Shown here one piece after another: positions 49,876 to 61,744 of a DNA stretch of 64,000 bases (the stretch's first letter is position 1; each line of letters starts with the position of its first letter). Source of the stretch: Paraphysomonas bandaiensis. Its lineage: Eukaryota > Protista > Chrysophyceae. The DNA is taken from positions 62,001-126,000 of the forward strand of contig CBFFRP010000075.1 in assembly GCA_965644295.1 (NCBI GenBank). Direction: 5' to 3'. Below the pieces are notes generated by a model, which was not told the DNA's origin, did no database searches, and saw only the letters and a list, made by a program, of their open reading frames with translations. The translations under genes were made by a program, and so were the position numbers.

Positions 49876-52800
49876 ATGAAGGAGGCCTCTGTGCAGAGGA
49901 CATACGCATATAACGCACCCCGCATACTTCTAGAGGTGATATCAGCCAGAGCTACACTGGTATGTGCTTATCGATAGAGATAAAATATTCGAGTAACTGT
50001 TATCGTGCAGATCATTCTAGGGGCTACTTATGTGGTGTTTATTGCTGCTTTTCTTTATGATGTCTTGAGTACTTTGCAGAATTTTGATGGTGGAGATAGA
50101 ATTTTACCGACATATCCCTGCGAGGACCTTAATATAGACGCCAGGTTAGCGTGGAGATATGATGGGGAGTGGGGTTGCATTATTGATAGTGAGGATTCAA
50201 GTGGTGATTCTATGTGGATTGGTCGTGTTAACAACATTACTAATGTGATATCCATCGGGCTTCGATATAGTAAGGAGAATATCACGGCAATTTCATTCTA
50301 CAATGATTCGTTGTTATACGTGGATGATAAGGAGGATGTGGCATATCTAAGTAACGAGATGCAGGAGCAGTATATAGACTTCAGTGTCTCTGTGTATGCT
50401 TGTTTCCTTCGTAACGGTTGTCGTGAGACAGGAAGCGATACTCAAAGCTCCTGGCACCACGTACTTACAATGATTGATCGTCGTATGTGGGCATACGAAC
50501 TCATTGCCCCAGATATGAAATCTGTTCATCTTGACGTCTTGGGTAACACTTTTCAAAATCAGGAAGCACTCCCAACCAGAAGCAATGTGAAATCCTACTT
50601 AGTTTTCGTGCAGTATACCGGTGCCGTATCACTCTTAGGCAACAATCAGTACGACACCGGGGAATATCGATTTATGTCCATTTCGCGCCCCCGAGACAAT
50701 GTGATGGGTTTATTGCGACCTATCCTTATGGGTATTACTATTGTGACAGCTGTTCTCTATTGTAGAACCCTCTACCTTCACAGTCCCAATATTGGTAAAT
50801 GGCTACACGAACGAAAATGGATTGTATTCTATTTCTTTGCGTTGATTTTATATCAGAACCCAGTATATTGTGTCATATGCCGATTAGAAAATCCTTCCAG
50901 CCAGTGGGTTTTTGCCTCATATGCGTTAGATGCCTTCTCTCAAGCTTCTTTTTTTCTCGTGTGGCTTCTTTTTTCCGATGGGTTACGACGTAAATCCCAT
51001 TTCTATTCGTTTTATATTCCCAAGCTTGTAATGTGTCTACTTATATTTGCTACTAACATGGGTATATTGGTGATGCAGTTTCCTTCTGTGAATAGAGTTT
51101 CTGGACGATCTCCTTCTTTAGCGGTATATAACTGGTCACGTGGTACCAAAGTTATGTTTATAGCTTTTTCGCTATCCTTCTTCTCACTGCTCATACTGTG
51201 GTGTATCTGGTGGTTCCGCTCACTGTGGACAACTGCATCAGTTCTTCAAAAAGTTCCGTATATGTCAACGCGCTACCTCCAACTCTCGTTTCGTTTTTTC
51301 TTCTTGCAAGCGACTTTCGTTGCGACCTACTATATTCTGGAGTATGGGGTAGTAATTTACCTCATTCTACGTAATTCACCTCCTGTTATCCACCAGCACC
51401 TGGACAATATATCGGATAACATTAACACTCTATTTCGACATCAAACTCTTCTCGTCGGCAAAGTTGTATTCCTTAGTGTGTACTCTCTAATCCTCGCCTT
51501 CTTGTTTTTACCGGCGGCTCAGGTGGACTCTGTAGGTGAGGCTTTCCACACTTTGGCCGCGACATACACAATCACAGAAGAAGAAATGGAGGCTGAGGTT
51601 AAAGCGCGTAGACGGATTATGTCAAAGCAATTGGCTCTGAGTAACTTAGCGCATACCAAGGCAGAAGTTTATTGCCTGTCCTTGGCTCAACAAATGCTGG
51701 ATGCATCGTACGAGGTGTATTATGATCTTCCAGGTATAGACACGGATAGTGGATTTGGCCCCGCAGATTGGTTTCGGCACGGCTACTCGGTCATAGATCA
51801 TGTTTATGATAAAGCTTACGACACATATTGCTGTATCGTCAGGCATAATGAAACGAACAAGGTCGTGGTAACATTTAGAGGCTCATGCAGTGCTCAGCAT
51901 TGGCAGAATAACCTTCACTATGGGCTGAAGGAGGTTGACCTTGGCTCCTTAAATCTTCCCTGTATAGATGCTTCCGACGGTCTAGATGTTGCCCAATATA
52001 TTGGTATGTTACTCAACTTGTACATTTTATTTGTCTTGATGTAGTGGGGAAGAGTGAATTGCAGTCTTGCGATTTGATTGTTTTTTCCTGCTATAATTTA
52101 ACCAAGAACTAAAACAATGTACACACAGAGCTAGATAATGAAGATATAGAGAGTGATGATGAAGAGGGGAATAGGGGTGAACGAAAACGGGATGGCAGCT
52201 CCAATCCTGTGATGTTGGTGGCAGATACTCTGAGAGAGGTATAATGCATTACCAATGTGTCGGAACATTGGATAAGAGTATTCGTATTTCGATATATACA
52301 TATCATGCATCTTACCATGTTTATTGGTGTTTGATATTTACGCTGCATCGATACCACTTTGCATAGTGTGTTTCTTTCTGGACAACGGGGCTTACACATA
52401 TCCAAGTTTTCGTAATGATTATATGTGTGAAATATAGGTCGTTGGGGCTACTCAAGGCGCTGTTGTCGGCGCCACCAATACCGTTGTTGGTGCAACAACT
52501 GGATTGATCACAGCTGCGGTTGCTCGTACTCCGGGCATAAATACTACCGTTAAAGCTTACGTGCATAGGTAATGTGTATAACTTTTTAGGATAGGGACAT
52601 GGAAGTTGCCTTGTCTGTATTGTCGCATGACTTCATTGGTGTAATGTTTTTCGATCTCTTGGTAATTTTGTCGTGGTGTTGCAGTGGTTTCTGGGAAGCA
52701 TATGTTGTAGCGCGGGAGTTCATACACAGGACCTTACGTACAGCACTGACTGAATCTCCAGCCCAAGTATTCTTTACTGGACATTCTCTTGGTGGAGCAC

Positions 52801-54021
52801 TTGCTACGTTTGCTGCTTTAGACTTCTCTATGCATTCTCTAACACGGGTAAACAAATATATTAAATATAAATCATTGAGGTGAGTTCTCCCTGACCGTGT
52901 CGTTTTCTTGGTGCGTTTCTCAAGTACAATATATTAGCTCCTTTTCCCAAGATTTGCCCCTCAAGCTAAACGTCCCACGACAACGACTAGTGAAGGTGGG
53001 CATGTATAATTTTGGTGCTCCGAAGGTCGGAAACTGGATATTCGCAAAGACATACGACAAAATTGTACCGAATAGTTTTCGAACTGTTACAGATGGAGAT
53101 ATCGTTTGCGGACTTCCCCCAACTATGAGCTATTTTCATATTGGCACACAAGTACTGATTGATCCTCTCGGAGCAGGCAGCATTATTATCGACCCATCGT
53201 TCGTTGAGCGCCGCTTGAGAACCAGTGTGAAATCCTCCATATCGGTTCACACGATGGCTGTGTATCGTGTTGGAATTGATGGGATTCTGGATGCTTCAGC
53301 GTTTATGCAGCAGCACGCTGGAGCAGATGATGGGAGCCCTCTAGACAGAATTGACCTAGCATTTAGTCGTGATAGAAAAAGTTGGGACTCATCATGGGCA
53401 CGTTCTGTAGATTCATCATGGCATAGTGTTCGTGGAAATAAATTTGAGAGACTTTCACAGAGCTCTGTACACTCCACTGGGGACTTGCGTGATACAACGA
53501 TTGATGCTAGCGAGTGGGGTTACACAATGGATGCTTCTACTTCTAGTGCAGCTTTACACTCATTCCCCACAAATTATAGCAAAGATGAGGAAAATATAGA
53601 TAGTCACAGACACAGCGGTAGTCATAGATATAATAGTGCATATAGGGAGCATAGTACCGTGGTTAACCCAACTCATACAGACATGGATGATGGAGATTGT
53701 GATCGACTCGACGAACTGTCCCGAATAACTGTAGATTCTGAAGATGAATCGTTTATGGGGTTTGGAGCAGACCTGGCCAGACTGCAGCGCCTACTCTCAG
53801 TCCGTACTCTTGGGAATGTGTTAAATACCTTCATTACTGTACCTCAACGGGCAGTGGAGTCTGTTCTGGTGGGTACTGGAGTAAAAACCCTTGATGATGA
53901 GGACATGGAAGGCATCGTTAATAGTACTGTTCCCCGAAGAGTAAATAGAAGAATTGAGCCAGATAGAAGTAGTAGTGTAGAGCTATACTCCTCTGAAATG
54001 TTAATACATGGTACGGAATAA
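49876..54021 (+). CDS. TMEM181/Wntless-like multi-pass domain fused to a class-3 lipase (multi-exon)
   Basis: First intron 49960-50010; ERKW...LILYQNP, FYIPKL and LQKVPYMSTR resemble TMEM181; lipase motifs VVTFRGS, FTGHSLGGALA, YNFGAPKVGN, GDIV and VHTM. Confidence 0.8.
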
Positions 54022-54489
54022 TGGTGTACCCATTGTAATTATGTAGGAATATCTTTTGGTTTGATTATAGTTCCAGCGAATTCCTGGTTCGTAGTATACG
54101 TACTTCGATATAGCGATATAGTCGTGGATTGTTTTACGTGAATTTATATTATTTGTCACTAATCTGTGTGTAGTTTATCATGATCTTCTTGTCTTGAAAT
54201 GAATTCTTTTGTTCATTCCGTATTCCATAGACATTCTTATTATGCTTGTCAATTTGTTGATCTTTCTAGGATAATGATAAATGTTTTCTACTTACACGGT
54301 AGATGACTTTGCTGTGAGCGCATCACACATTCACAATTTCGTATAACTCTTAAGTCTAAAGGTGTTGAATTGCAGAACTCGTGCGAATGCTAGCATACAG
54401 TAGCAGGGCTAGCTGCTGCCTTATAGCTCTTCCGTGTCAATGATATATATATTGGTCCCTCACACAAAGTCGGACTCGCACCTTTTGTG

Positions 54490-54918
54490 TATATTCTGAG
54501 AGATACGTACCGGAGATATTTCTCCGGGAAGCTAACGTGAGCCGCATAATATATAGTCAACAGATACTGTTCTGCCCACTCATAGCCAAATGCTTGTGTG
54601 CTACAAAGGACACTAATTTGTGTGTAGACGTCTTTGGGCCTTGACGAATAATCAGGCATCCTGGAATGGGCCCACCTCAAGGGCATTCGGGGTATTGGGC
54701 TGCCTACTAAAGTCAAGCATCCGGGCAGTTCACCTTAAAAGGACAGAGAGCAGAGAGCGAACGCGGCTGAACATTGGTACTTGCGGTGGCGCACAAGCAT
54801 CTTTCGTAGCGCTGAATCGTATGATACCAGAGTTAAGCAGTAGATAGTTAAATTGGTTTGCTACAATAGTTCTGACTCTTAAACGCATATTATTGCTAAC
54901 AATCAGACATTCACTACA
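54490..54918 (+). mobile_element. SINE-like element, most complete copy
   Basis: Core plus tail ending tattgctaacaatcagacattcactac, like the LINE terminus tattgctaaataatcagacattccctac; the 5' boundary is uncertain. Confidence 0.7.
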
Positions 54919-55064
54919 TAAATATTAATGTTACAAGACAACGGAATTCGTTTACTGACATTTTAACATTTTGTCGGTTTAGGTGTCGTTAGACTAGATT
55001 GCTGTATAGGAAATTATGTGTTTTGTGTTGTCATCTAAAATGTAAAACATATCAAAACTGCCAG

Positions 55065-55497
55065 CAGGATTGCGTATCAATTAATTGTCAATGATTGAAA
55101 TTGCAATAATTGAAATTGGGACATCGAATTATAATTGCAATTACAAATGACTCCAGCTAGCTTCCATTAATTGATATAAAAATACCACCTTTTTATGCTA
55201 AAAACTGTTAAAGAACGGCATTTTTATTCACTTAATAAGCAAACTCGTTACCGCAGCATGATGACGCACTTGGTGTTCAGTAGAGCTAAGATTGTTATGG
55301 CGGGTTCGCGCAAGAGCTACTTATATTTTTACGCATGAATCGTCGCATCTTGAATGAAATGACAGTTGAGGTAGCTATATTGGCAGCTACTGTAATGATT
55401 TCCATTAATTGCAATAATTGAAATTGAGACAGCAAGAAGTAACAACTGCAATTATAATTGACTACAACCTCCGTCAATTAATTGATACGCAGCCCTG
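55065..55497. mobile_element. MITE with CAGG...CCTG TIRs (hAT-like)
   Basis: caggattgcgtatcaattaattg ... caattaattgatacgcagccctg; no TSD seen. Confidence 0.7.
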
Positions 55498-55787
55498 TCA
55501 ACAACATATATATTTTTATATTTCTTTCATATCAACTACTGATCAACTTCAATGATACTTCATTTTCACAGTTATAGCTGTACAGTATTCTTATTACGTA
55601 TTACAGTTTTTTAGCATTGTATTTCAGTATTCCAACATCCCTAAATCACTTCTTATATATTTCGTTGACTTATTGATTATGGCGAATTAAGCGTGCAGAG
55701 GGGCACTACTCATTCATGTAATAGGACTTATTCTTTACAAAGTATTATACATATATGATTTTTATTCGAAATACACACATACAAACA

Positions 55788-56774
55788 CTAATCTAGCAAC
55801 ATGTGCATTACACTATCATGTGTGAGCATATCCCTCACATGTTTCCAATCAATCTTCGAATAGTTACTATAGTACCATGCATTAAGAAACTTTACAGAAA
55901 GATCTGTCCACTTGTCAATAATGACAATAGGAAACCCCATATCTCGCAAATCTTCAAATGCGGGCATGCGAATGGTGACCGGCACTGTGCCCACCATCCA
56001 ACACTCAGCAAACTTTGGTGCTTGCACCCCTAAACCGGCTGGGGCGAGAAAGAACTTGAACTGCGATAGTTGGAACCAGTACTCTTCGTGAGACCACATA
56101 GAACGGTTCACCCATTTGACAGTGCGCATGTAGGCACTGAACAAACGTCGAGGATAAAATGAATCTATTTTGGATACCTTGCCCCATGCCGCAGCAACCA
56201 GAGAGCGATTAGATCTAATATCAGACAATGAAACCGCTCGCTCAATATTATTAAGTCCCGATCGCAGCAGATAGTATGAGGTAAATCCCATAGGAATAGT
56301 CCGAATTTTATCGGAACGGACGTCTTTAGCTTCGTACCAATAATGAGAAAACTGATTCCGGCGTAGAAACACACTTATGAACGGCATCACCTTTAAAAGT
56401 CTCACATCTTCTCCAGCAAAAACAACTGCGCGCTTTTCATTTCTCTTCAACTCAGGCAGGGCGTGTAACACCCTTAACGAGTCATCACGCCGCAACAACA
56501 GAGGACTAAACACAAGAACTGTTTGTGGATTACTACATGCTGTTTTACTGACGTTAGGAAGGTTCCACAGCACCCAGTCAAAAGAGGAAAACACATGCAA
56601 TGGGTGACGCACGAGAGCGAGGTTGGTCTCATTTAACCCATCAGTGAACCAGGGGTGCTGAGGCTGATAGCGGAAACTAATATACCTGTAAAGAAATGTC
56701 TCATTATAACGCAGCGTAATAACTGGAAAAAAAAGGAGAAGACTACATAAAAGTCTGACGGATAAGAATAGCAT
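55788..56774 (-). CDS. Exostosin/GT47-like glycosyltransferase domain protein
   Basis: N-terminal signal anchor; IPMGF and YWFQLSQFKFFLAPAGLGVQAPKFAECWMVGTVPV, typical of the GT47-like C-terminal motif. Confidence 0.65.
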   Translation of the reverse strand: MLFLSVRLLCSLLLFFPVITLRYNETFLYRYISFRYQPQHPWFTDGLNETNLALVRHPLHVFSSFDWVLWNLPNVSKTACSNPQTVLVFSPLLLRRDDSLRVLHALPELKRNEKRAVVFAGEDVRLLKVMPFISVFLRRNQFSHYWYEAKDVRSDKIRTIPMGFTSYYLLRSGLNNIERAVSLSDIRSNRSLVAAAWGKVSKIDSFYPRRLFSAYMRTVKWVNRSMWSHEEYWFQLSQFKFFLAPAGLGVQAPKFAECWMVGTVPVTIRMPAFEDLRDMGFPIVIIDKWTDLSVKFLNAWYYSNYSKIDWKHVRDMLTHDSVMHMLLD

Positions 56775-56827
56775 GTAATACACCACTCACACCACACTAT
56801 AAATCTTAAGCTACACTCATAAAGGAA

Positions 56828-57009
56828 CATACATACATACATACATACATACATACATACATACATACATACATACATACATACATACATACATACATAC
56901 ATACATACATACATACATACATACATACATACATACATACATACATACATACATACATACATACATACATACATACATACATACATACATACATACATAC
57001 ATACATACA

Positions 57010-57043
<34 letters not shown>

Positions 57044-57210
57044 CATACATACATACATACATACATACATACATACATACATACATACATACATACATAC
57101 ATACATACATACATACATACATACATACATACATACATACATACATACATACATACATACATACATACATACATACATACATACATACATACATACATAC
57201 ATACATACAT
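56828..57210. repeat. (CATA)n microsatellite, about 380 bp
   Basis: Near-perfect array with the same unit as the 37-kb array on the opposite strand. Confidence 0.98.
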
Positions 57211-57532
57211 CATCAGTACGTAGAAATTTCAGTATTCGGTTTTCTGTTTCTCCTGAAGATTCCTTATTTCTCTGAAAACTAGTATGTTTTAGAGGGAAGT
57301 CAAGTGAGCAAGTGTCCGGTGAAGTGTATACGAGTAGTTAGTATGTAGAATTTGTAGAAATAAACTCGCAGTTAGAAATCACTCTCAGCGTGTTCGAACA
57401 CCGACAACAATACATATCTCCGACCTCCCTCGTGATCAGAGGATATACTATAATCGTTGACAGTTGCCGGGTATGTCTCGTTGAGTGGCATTCGATCGTC
57501 GATTGGAGTGTAGAGAATATACATACGCAGTG

Positions 57533-58435
57533 ATGATTGAGAAGCCGCACCTCAACTTATCGTGCTCCACACTGGGCATGGAGACTCTCACACCTATTGC
57601 TCCGCCCTTCTTAATGCCGCGTCCTTATGAGATTACGAAGCCCGTGTGGTGCCAGTCCCCTTCCAACAGAGTCAAGTTTGAGGAGTGTGGAACTGGTCGT
57701 GAACGAGACATTGGAGAGGAGGCTTTTTACGTAATCGGCCGTAATGAAAGATGTAGCATCATTCTTGAGGAACTTATGGTTTCAAGGTGTCATGCTGTTC
57801 TACTTCACAGTGGTGTAGGGGATGTATACCTCATTGATCTTGGGTCTAGTCACGGCACTTTCATTGGCACTCACCGATTGATTCCCTATACTCCAACGCT
57901 TGTTAAAAGGCATTCTGTGATGAGATTCGGCTCATGGGAGAAGCAGTATATTATTCGGGAATACCCAAAGCCGGATGATGTTCTCGCGAAGTCGAAGTAT
58001 TGCGAGTCCGTTGAGGAGCAGTTGGCGATGCTGAATGCTTTCCGCAACATCACTTGCCTTTCACCCACCAGCTCTCAGGATTGCTCCATGAGCGTGGATG
58101 AGCCCCCAGCGCAGATGCCTGTACAACTCACGGAGCCCTACCGCCCAGCACGTCGGTGCTCGTATGCGGACCTGGGAGATAGCAAGCGGGAGGTGATTGA
58201 TATTACTCATGAGGACGCACTGCACCTACAGCTTGCTCATGCGCAGGAGGCCTTGCTTGTTCGCAAGAATATGCGTCGTAGCTTCTCACTTGATAGCAGC
58301 TACATAAGTCCCTGTGTGCGCCGCTTGTCTTCGAATTGTGGTGATGGTGGAGGGATGTGTCGCAAGAAGGTGCGATTCTCTGAGGGAGACCTCTCCGTGT
58401 ATACAACAGATGCAAGTCGAACACTGGGTAACTAG
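57533..58435 (+). CDS. FHA-domain protein with RVxF motif (NIPP1-like PP1 regulator)
   Basis: YVIGRN...VSRCHAVL...LIDLGSSHGTFIG...MRFG FHA motifs; C-terminal RKKVRF. Confidence 0.8.
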   Translation: MIEKPHLNLSCSTLGMETLTPIAPPFLMPRPYEITKPVWCQSPSNRVKFEECGTGRERDIGEEAFYVIGRNERCSIILEELMVSRCHAVLLHSGVGDVYLIDLGSSHGTFIGTHRLIPYTPTLVKRHSVMRFGSWEKQYIIREYPKPDDVLAKSKYCESVEEQLAMLNAFRNITCLSPTSSQDCSMSVDEPPAQMPVQLTEPYRPARRCSYADLGDSKREVIDITHEDALHLQLAHAQEALLVRKNMRRSFSLDSSYISPCVRRLSSNCGDGGGMCRKKVRFSEGDLSVYTTDASRTLGN

Positions 58436-59299
58436 AAATGTAACAGATTTGTATTGCTTCGATTGCCGGTGACGTGGTCATTATAGTGACTTGCCACTTC
58501 TCATGTTATAGATATGTGATATCATAGATCATCGTTTCATATTTTAAACACATACTTCTTTAATAATAGTTGTTCTCAACACAGATTAGTTATGTAGTTG
58601 TATTTTCATTTCGCAATATATAATGTCATTATGGAAAACTTCTCTTCTGTTACTGGTAATGATCGTATTAAATATTTAATTTCTTGACAGTCGTTCTCTT
58701 TAAGGTACTACAGTAGCAGCAAAATCAAAAGTAGTTGTCCATTGTTAATACATTTGGTTAAGTACGTCATGGCTAGGGAACAATATATTGATTCGTGAGC
58801 TTAGTATATTACATTAGTGTACATTCATTTTCGTATTACTCACTCTTATTTTCAATATTCTCTTTCATGGTCAAAGATTGGGATGCTGTAACCCATATGA
58901 GTCTTTGCCTATACTCCTATACCTCAAATGTGCATACAGCGTACATAGTACATGTACATATAACATACATATCTAGTTGTTGAGGTGCTTTGTGTGTTCA
59001 TCTGGCATTAGTCATTCAAACAAATGTTTTCGTTCTGTGTGGCTATCCTATTATCATCTATATATTCTTCGATTTCACTAATGCCTATTTACCTCATTGC
59101 ACTATCTCTAGATCACATCCATAACGCAGTCCATATGCTAAACAATCACACATTCGGTATCTATCGTAAGACACATCGCACAAAGCTACTATATATTTAA
59201 ATCAATGTGTTTTATTAGTGTTGTCACAATGCTAGAAAAATATTTGCATGTCCCATTTAAATTTTTGCCACGCAAACAGATGTCGGTCAACAGCTACTC

Positions 59300-60447
59300 T
59301 TACGCACCAAGGATGGGATGAGTCTCATAAACATTTCCAGCGGTTTTGATAACAGCAGGTGCTTTTACGATCTCAGCAATGTCGGCCTCTAGCTTAGCAG
59401 TAATGTTGTGTACTTTGTGGTCCTTCGCAGAGAGTCCAGCACGGTAGTCAGCGATAGCCTTGGCATACACCTCACCAACAACATCCTTTCCACGCTTGCC
59501 ATTTGGTCCAGCAGCGAGTGTGGCAATGGCTTGAGAGAGTGCAGCGTCCTTCACTTTACGATCAGAGGAGACGACCTGAAAGGCCTCCGACTTGATAGTT
59601 TGCATCATATCCGTGCGGATAGCGGCATTAGTTGCCTCGTTGAGTGAGGCTAGTGCATCCAATTTCTTCTGAATGGCGCGATGTAAGTCGTTCTGGTTGG
59701 TGAGGTTGAGGGCAGTAGCTTGAGCAGCGGCAACCTCATCAATACCAGTGAACATATCCTTGAAAACATCCTTGGCGTCGATAAATCCTTCAGAGCTGTC
59801 AATAGCATCGTTTATCTCGGCAACCGCCTTGTCATCGACGTCCTTCCAAAAGTTGGCGATATACTCTCCGATCCAGCTTGTCTTCTCCAAGTAAATAGGT
59901 AGCACCACCATGTCATAGGCATGCCACATCATACAGAATGCTCCGACAAGATAAAATTTATAGTCGACCACTATAACCTGTAATACATATATTCAAACTC
60001 GAGCTTCATTGTATCAAAAACTTCACCTCATGAGCGATCATCGGGGAAGCGAGAGAAATCGACACAGGGAGTGCCCATTTCCAATCGTCAAGTCCCAAAT
60101 ATTGGAGAATGCCAACATCCTTACTATTAACTTGCTCTTTCTTGGACTCTAATAGAAAATATATTAAATATAGCAATATATGTGCTCGTAAACTGACCGA
60201 TGACATTAATCAGCGCCTGCTGTTCCTCGTCATGCTGCTCTCGTGCAAGAATCTCTTCCATCTGAGCCCTCAATCTAGCTTTTCTTTCATGTTCCTGACG
60301 ACGAATATACGACACCTCTTCGCCTTGCTCCTTAGTTGCAAGGTCGACCATGTGTCTGGATACAACAGCCAGGCGACCATTATGCTTTAACCCACTCCTC
60401 ATCTGAGGGGCAAGGGCAGTCACGCCTCTCCTTAATCCATTCATCAT
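59300..60447 (-). CDS. Mitochondrial ATP synthase subunit b-like with N-terminal IF1-like segment (exons 60198-60447, 60027-60148, 59300-59977)
   Basis: Arg-rich presequence, charged IF1-like helix, two hydrophobic segments, then a long Ala/charged helical stalk (AIQKKLDALASL...KVKDAALSQAIATL); both GT-AG introns keep frame. Confidence 0.75.
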
Positions 60448-60919
60448 GTTGCTTATTCGACAGTGAGAATGTAGGGGCTGCTTGCTGTGCTGCACTACAC
60501 AGTAATAACACCAAACAGTAAACCAAACCAACTGATTTATTAATTAATTTATGTAGTCACTGTACTGCTGTACGTGTGTGTTGATGGTGCTGTTTTTTCC
60601 TATAGCAGTGTGTTATATACTGCTGTACACTGTACCATCCCAGTAGGCTCATAGCATCCTCATTCGAACTTTCAACAGACACATTGAAACTAAAACTGAA
60701 AATATGGAACAGATATATACAGCAGTAACCGACCTGTACATGTACAGCAGTACGATGTACGTATATATCCAGAGTGGGTCTCATATATCTGCAGCACAGT
60801 GTTCTGGTACGTACCAGAACATATCTCAAATTCAACCCGTTTTTTTCTTGTTTGAGTGCGAAGCTGCTCTGCAGTTGTCGTGTAGGTGTATCCCGCACCA
60901 TCACATCCCATTAAATATC

Positions 60920-61744
60920 ATGGCCACATCACTAAGAAAGAGGACTAGAGAGGCTCTTGAAGAAGATGAAGTTCGACATGCAGCAGAAGTAGGATATAGG
61001 GTCGATAGTGGTGTTCCGCTACACCCGGCTGTCACCACACAATTAGCTGAGATATCAGGAGAGATTGAGAGACTGCGGGAACAGTTTCAGGACTTTAGAG
61101 ATAAGTTGCCTGACATTATTTGTGATGCAGTTTTATCCAAACTCCGAAGTCGATTGCAACTTCGCGGTGCCGTGACAGTTACACCTCTGGTTTCGAATTC
61201 ATCAATTTCGACCTCGGAAGAACGAGTCATTCAAACCATCCAAGATGTATCGACATCCAGTAACCGAACTCCTGCTCTGCCGCAACAGTGTCATATTTCT
61301 GGAACAGAGGAAACCCAGGAATGGTGGCGAACTTTTCGTTGGAACGACGACTTAATAGATCATTTCGTTCCTCCTAATTGGCATTTTCCACAACGCATCA
61401 GTGTAAAGACTTTGTGGGACCTCTGGCTTTTTGGTAATCGACGAGAAGGAATCCGACCCTATCGCCTTATAAATAGACTACACGATTTGACAAAGGCTGA
61501 TAGAAATGGTCCTCATCTACGAGCAAGAAAGACTATGGAATTCCTTCTTCAACGAGTATGGGAGTGTACTGAAACTCATATCCGTGACATTACTCTTAGT
61601 AATGGAGATGATTTATTTGGTAGGGTATATGAAAATGCTTTGAAAGAATTGTATAGCGATGTGGGAACTGAATGTAAGGATATTGGGAATTTGAGTTATG
61701 GTAGTTTCTATAATAGGCTATGTTCTAGTAGTAAAAGTAAGTGA
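60920..61744 (+). CDS. Protein resembling the C-terminal domain of stramenopile Crypton elements
   Basis: SGVPLH plus a coiled coil, then HFVPPNWHFP...LWDLWLFGN...IRPYRLI; no tyrosine recombinase domain. Confidence 0.5.
   Translation: MATSLRKRTREALEEDEVRHAAEVGYRVDSGVPLHPAVTTQLAEISGEIERLREQFQDFRDKLPDIICDAVLSKLRSRLQLRGAVTVTPLVSNSSISTSEERVIQTIQDVSTSSNRTPALPQQCHISGTEETQEWWRTFRWNDDLIDHFVPPNWHFPQRISVKTLWDLWLFGNRREGIRPYRLINRLHDLTKADRNGPHLRARKTMEFLLQRVWECTETHIRDITLSNGDDLFGRVYENALKELYSDVGTECKDIGNLSYGSFYNRLCSSSKSK

Noticed and set aside
56633-57213. MYVC-repeat ORFs
   Set aside because: Same microsatellite artefact.
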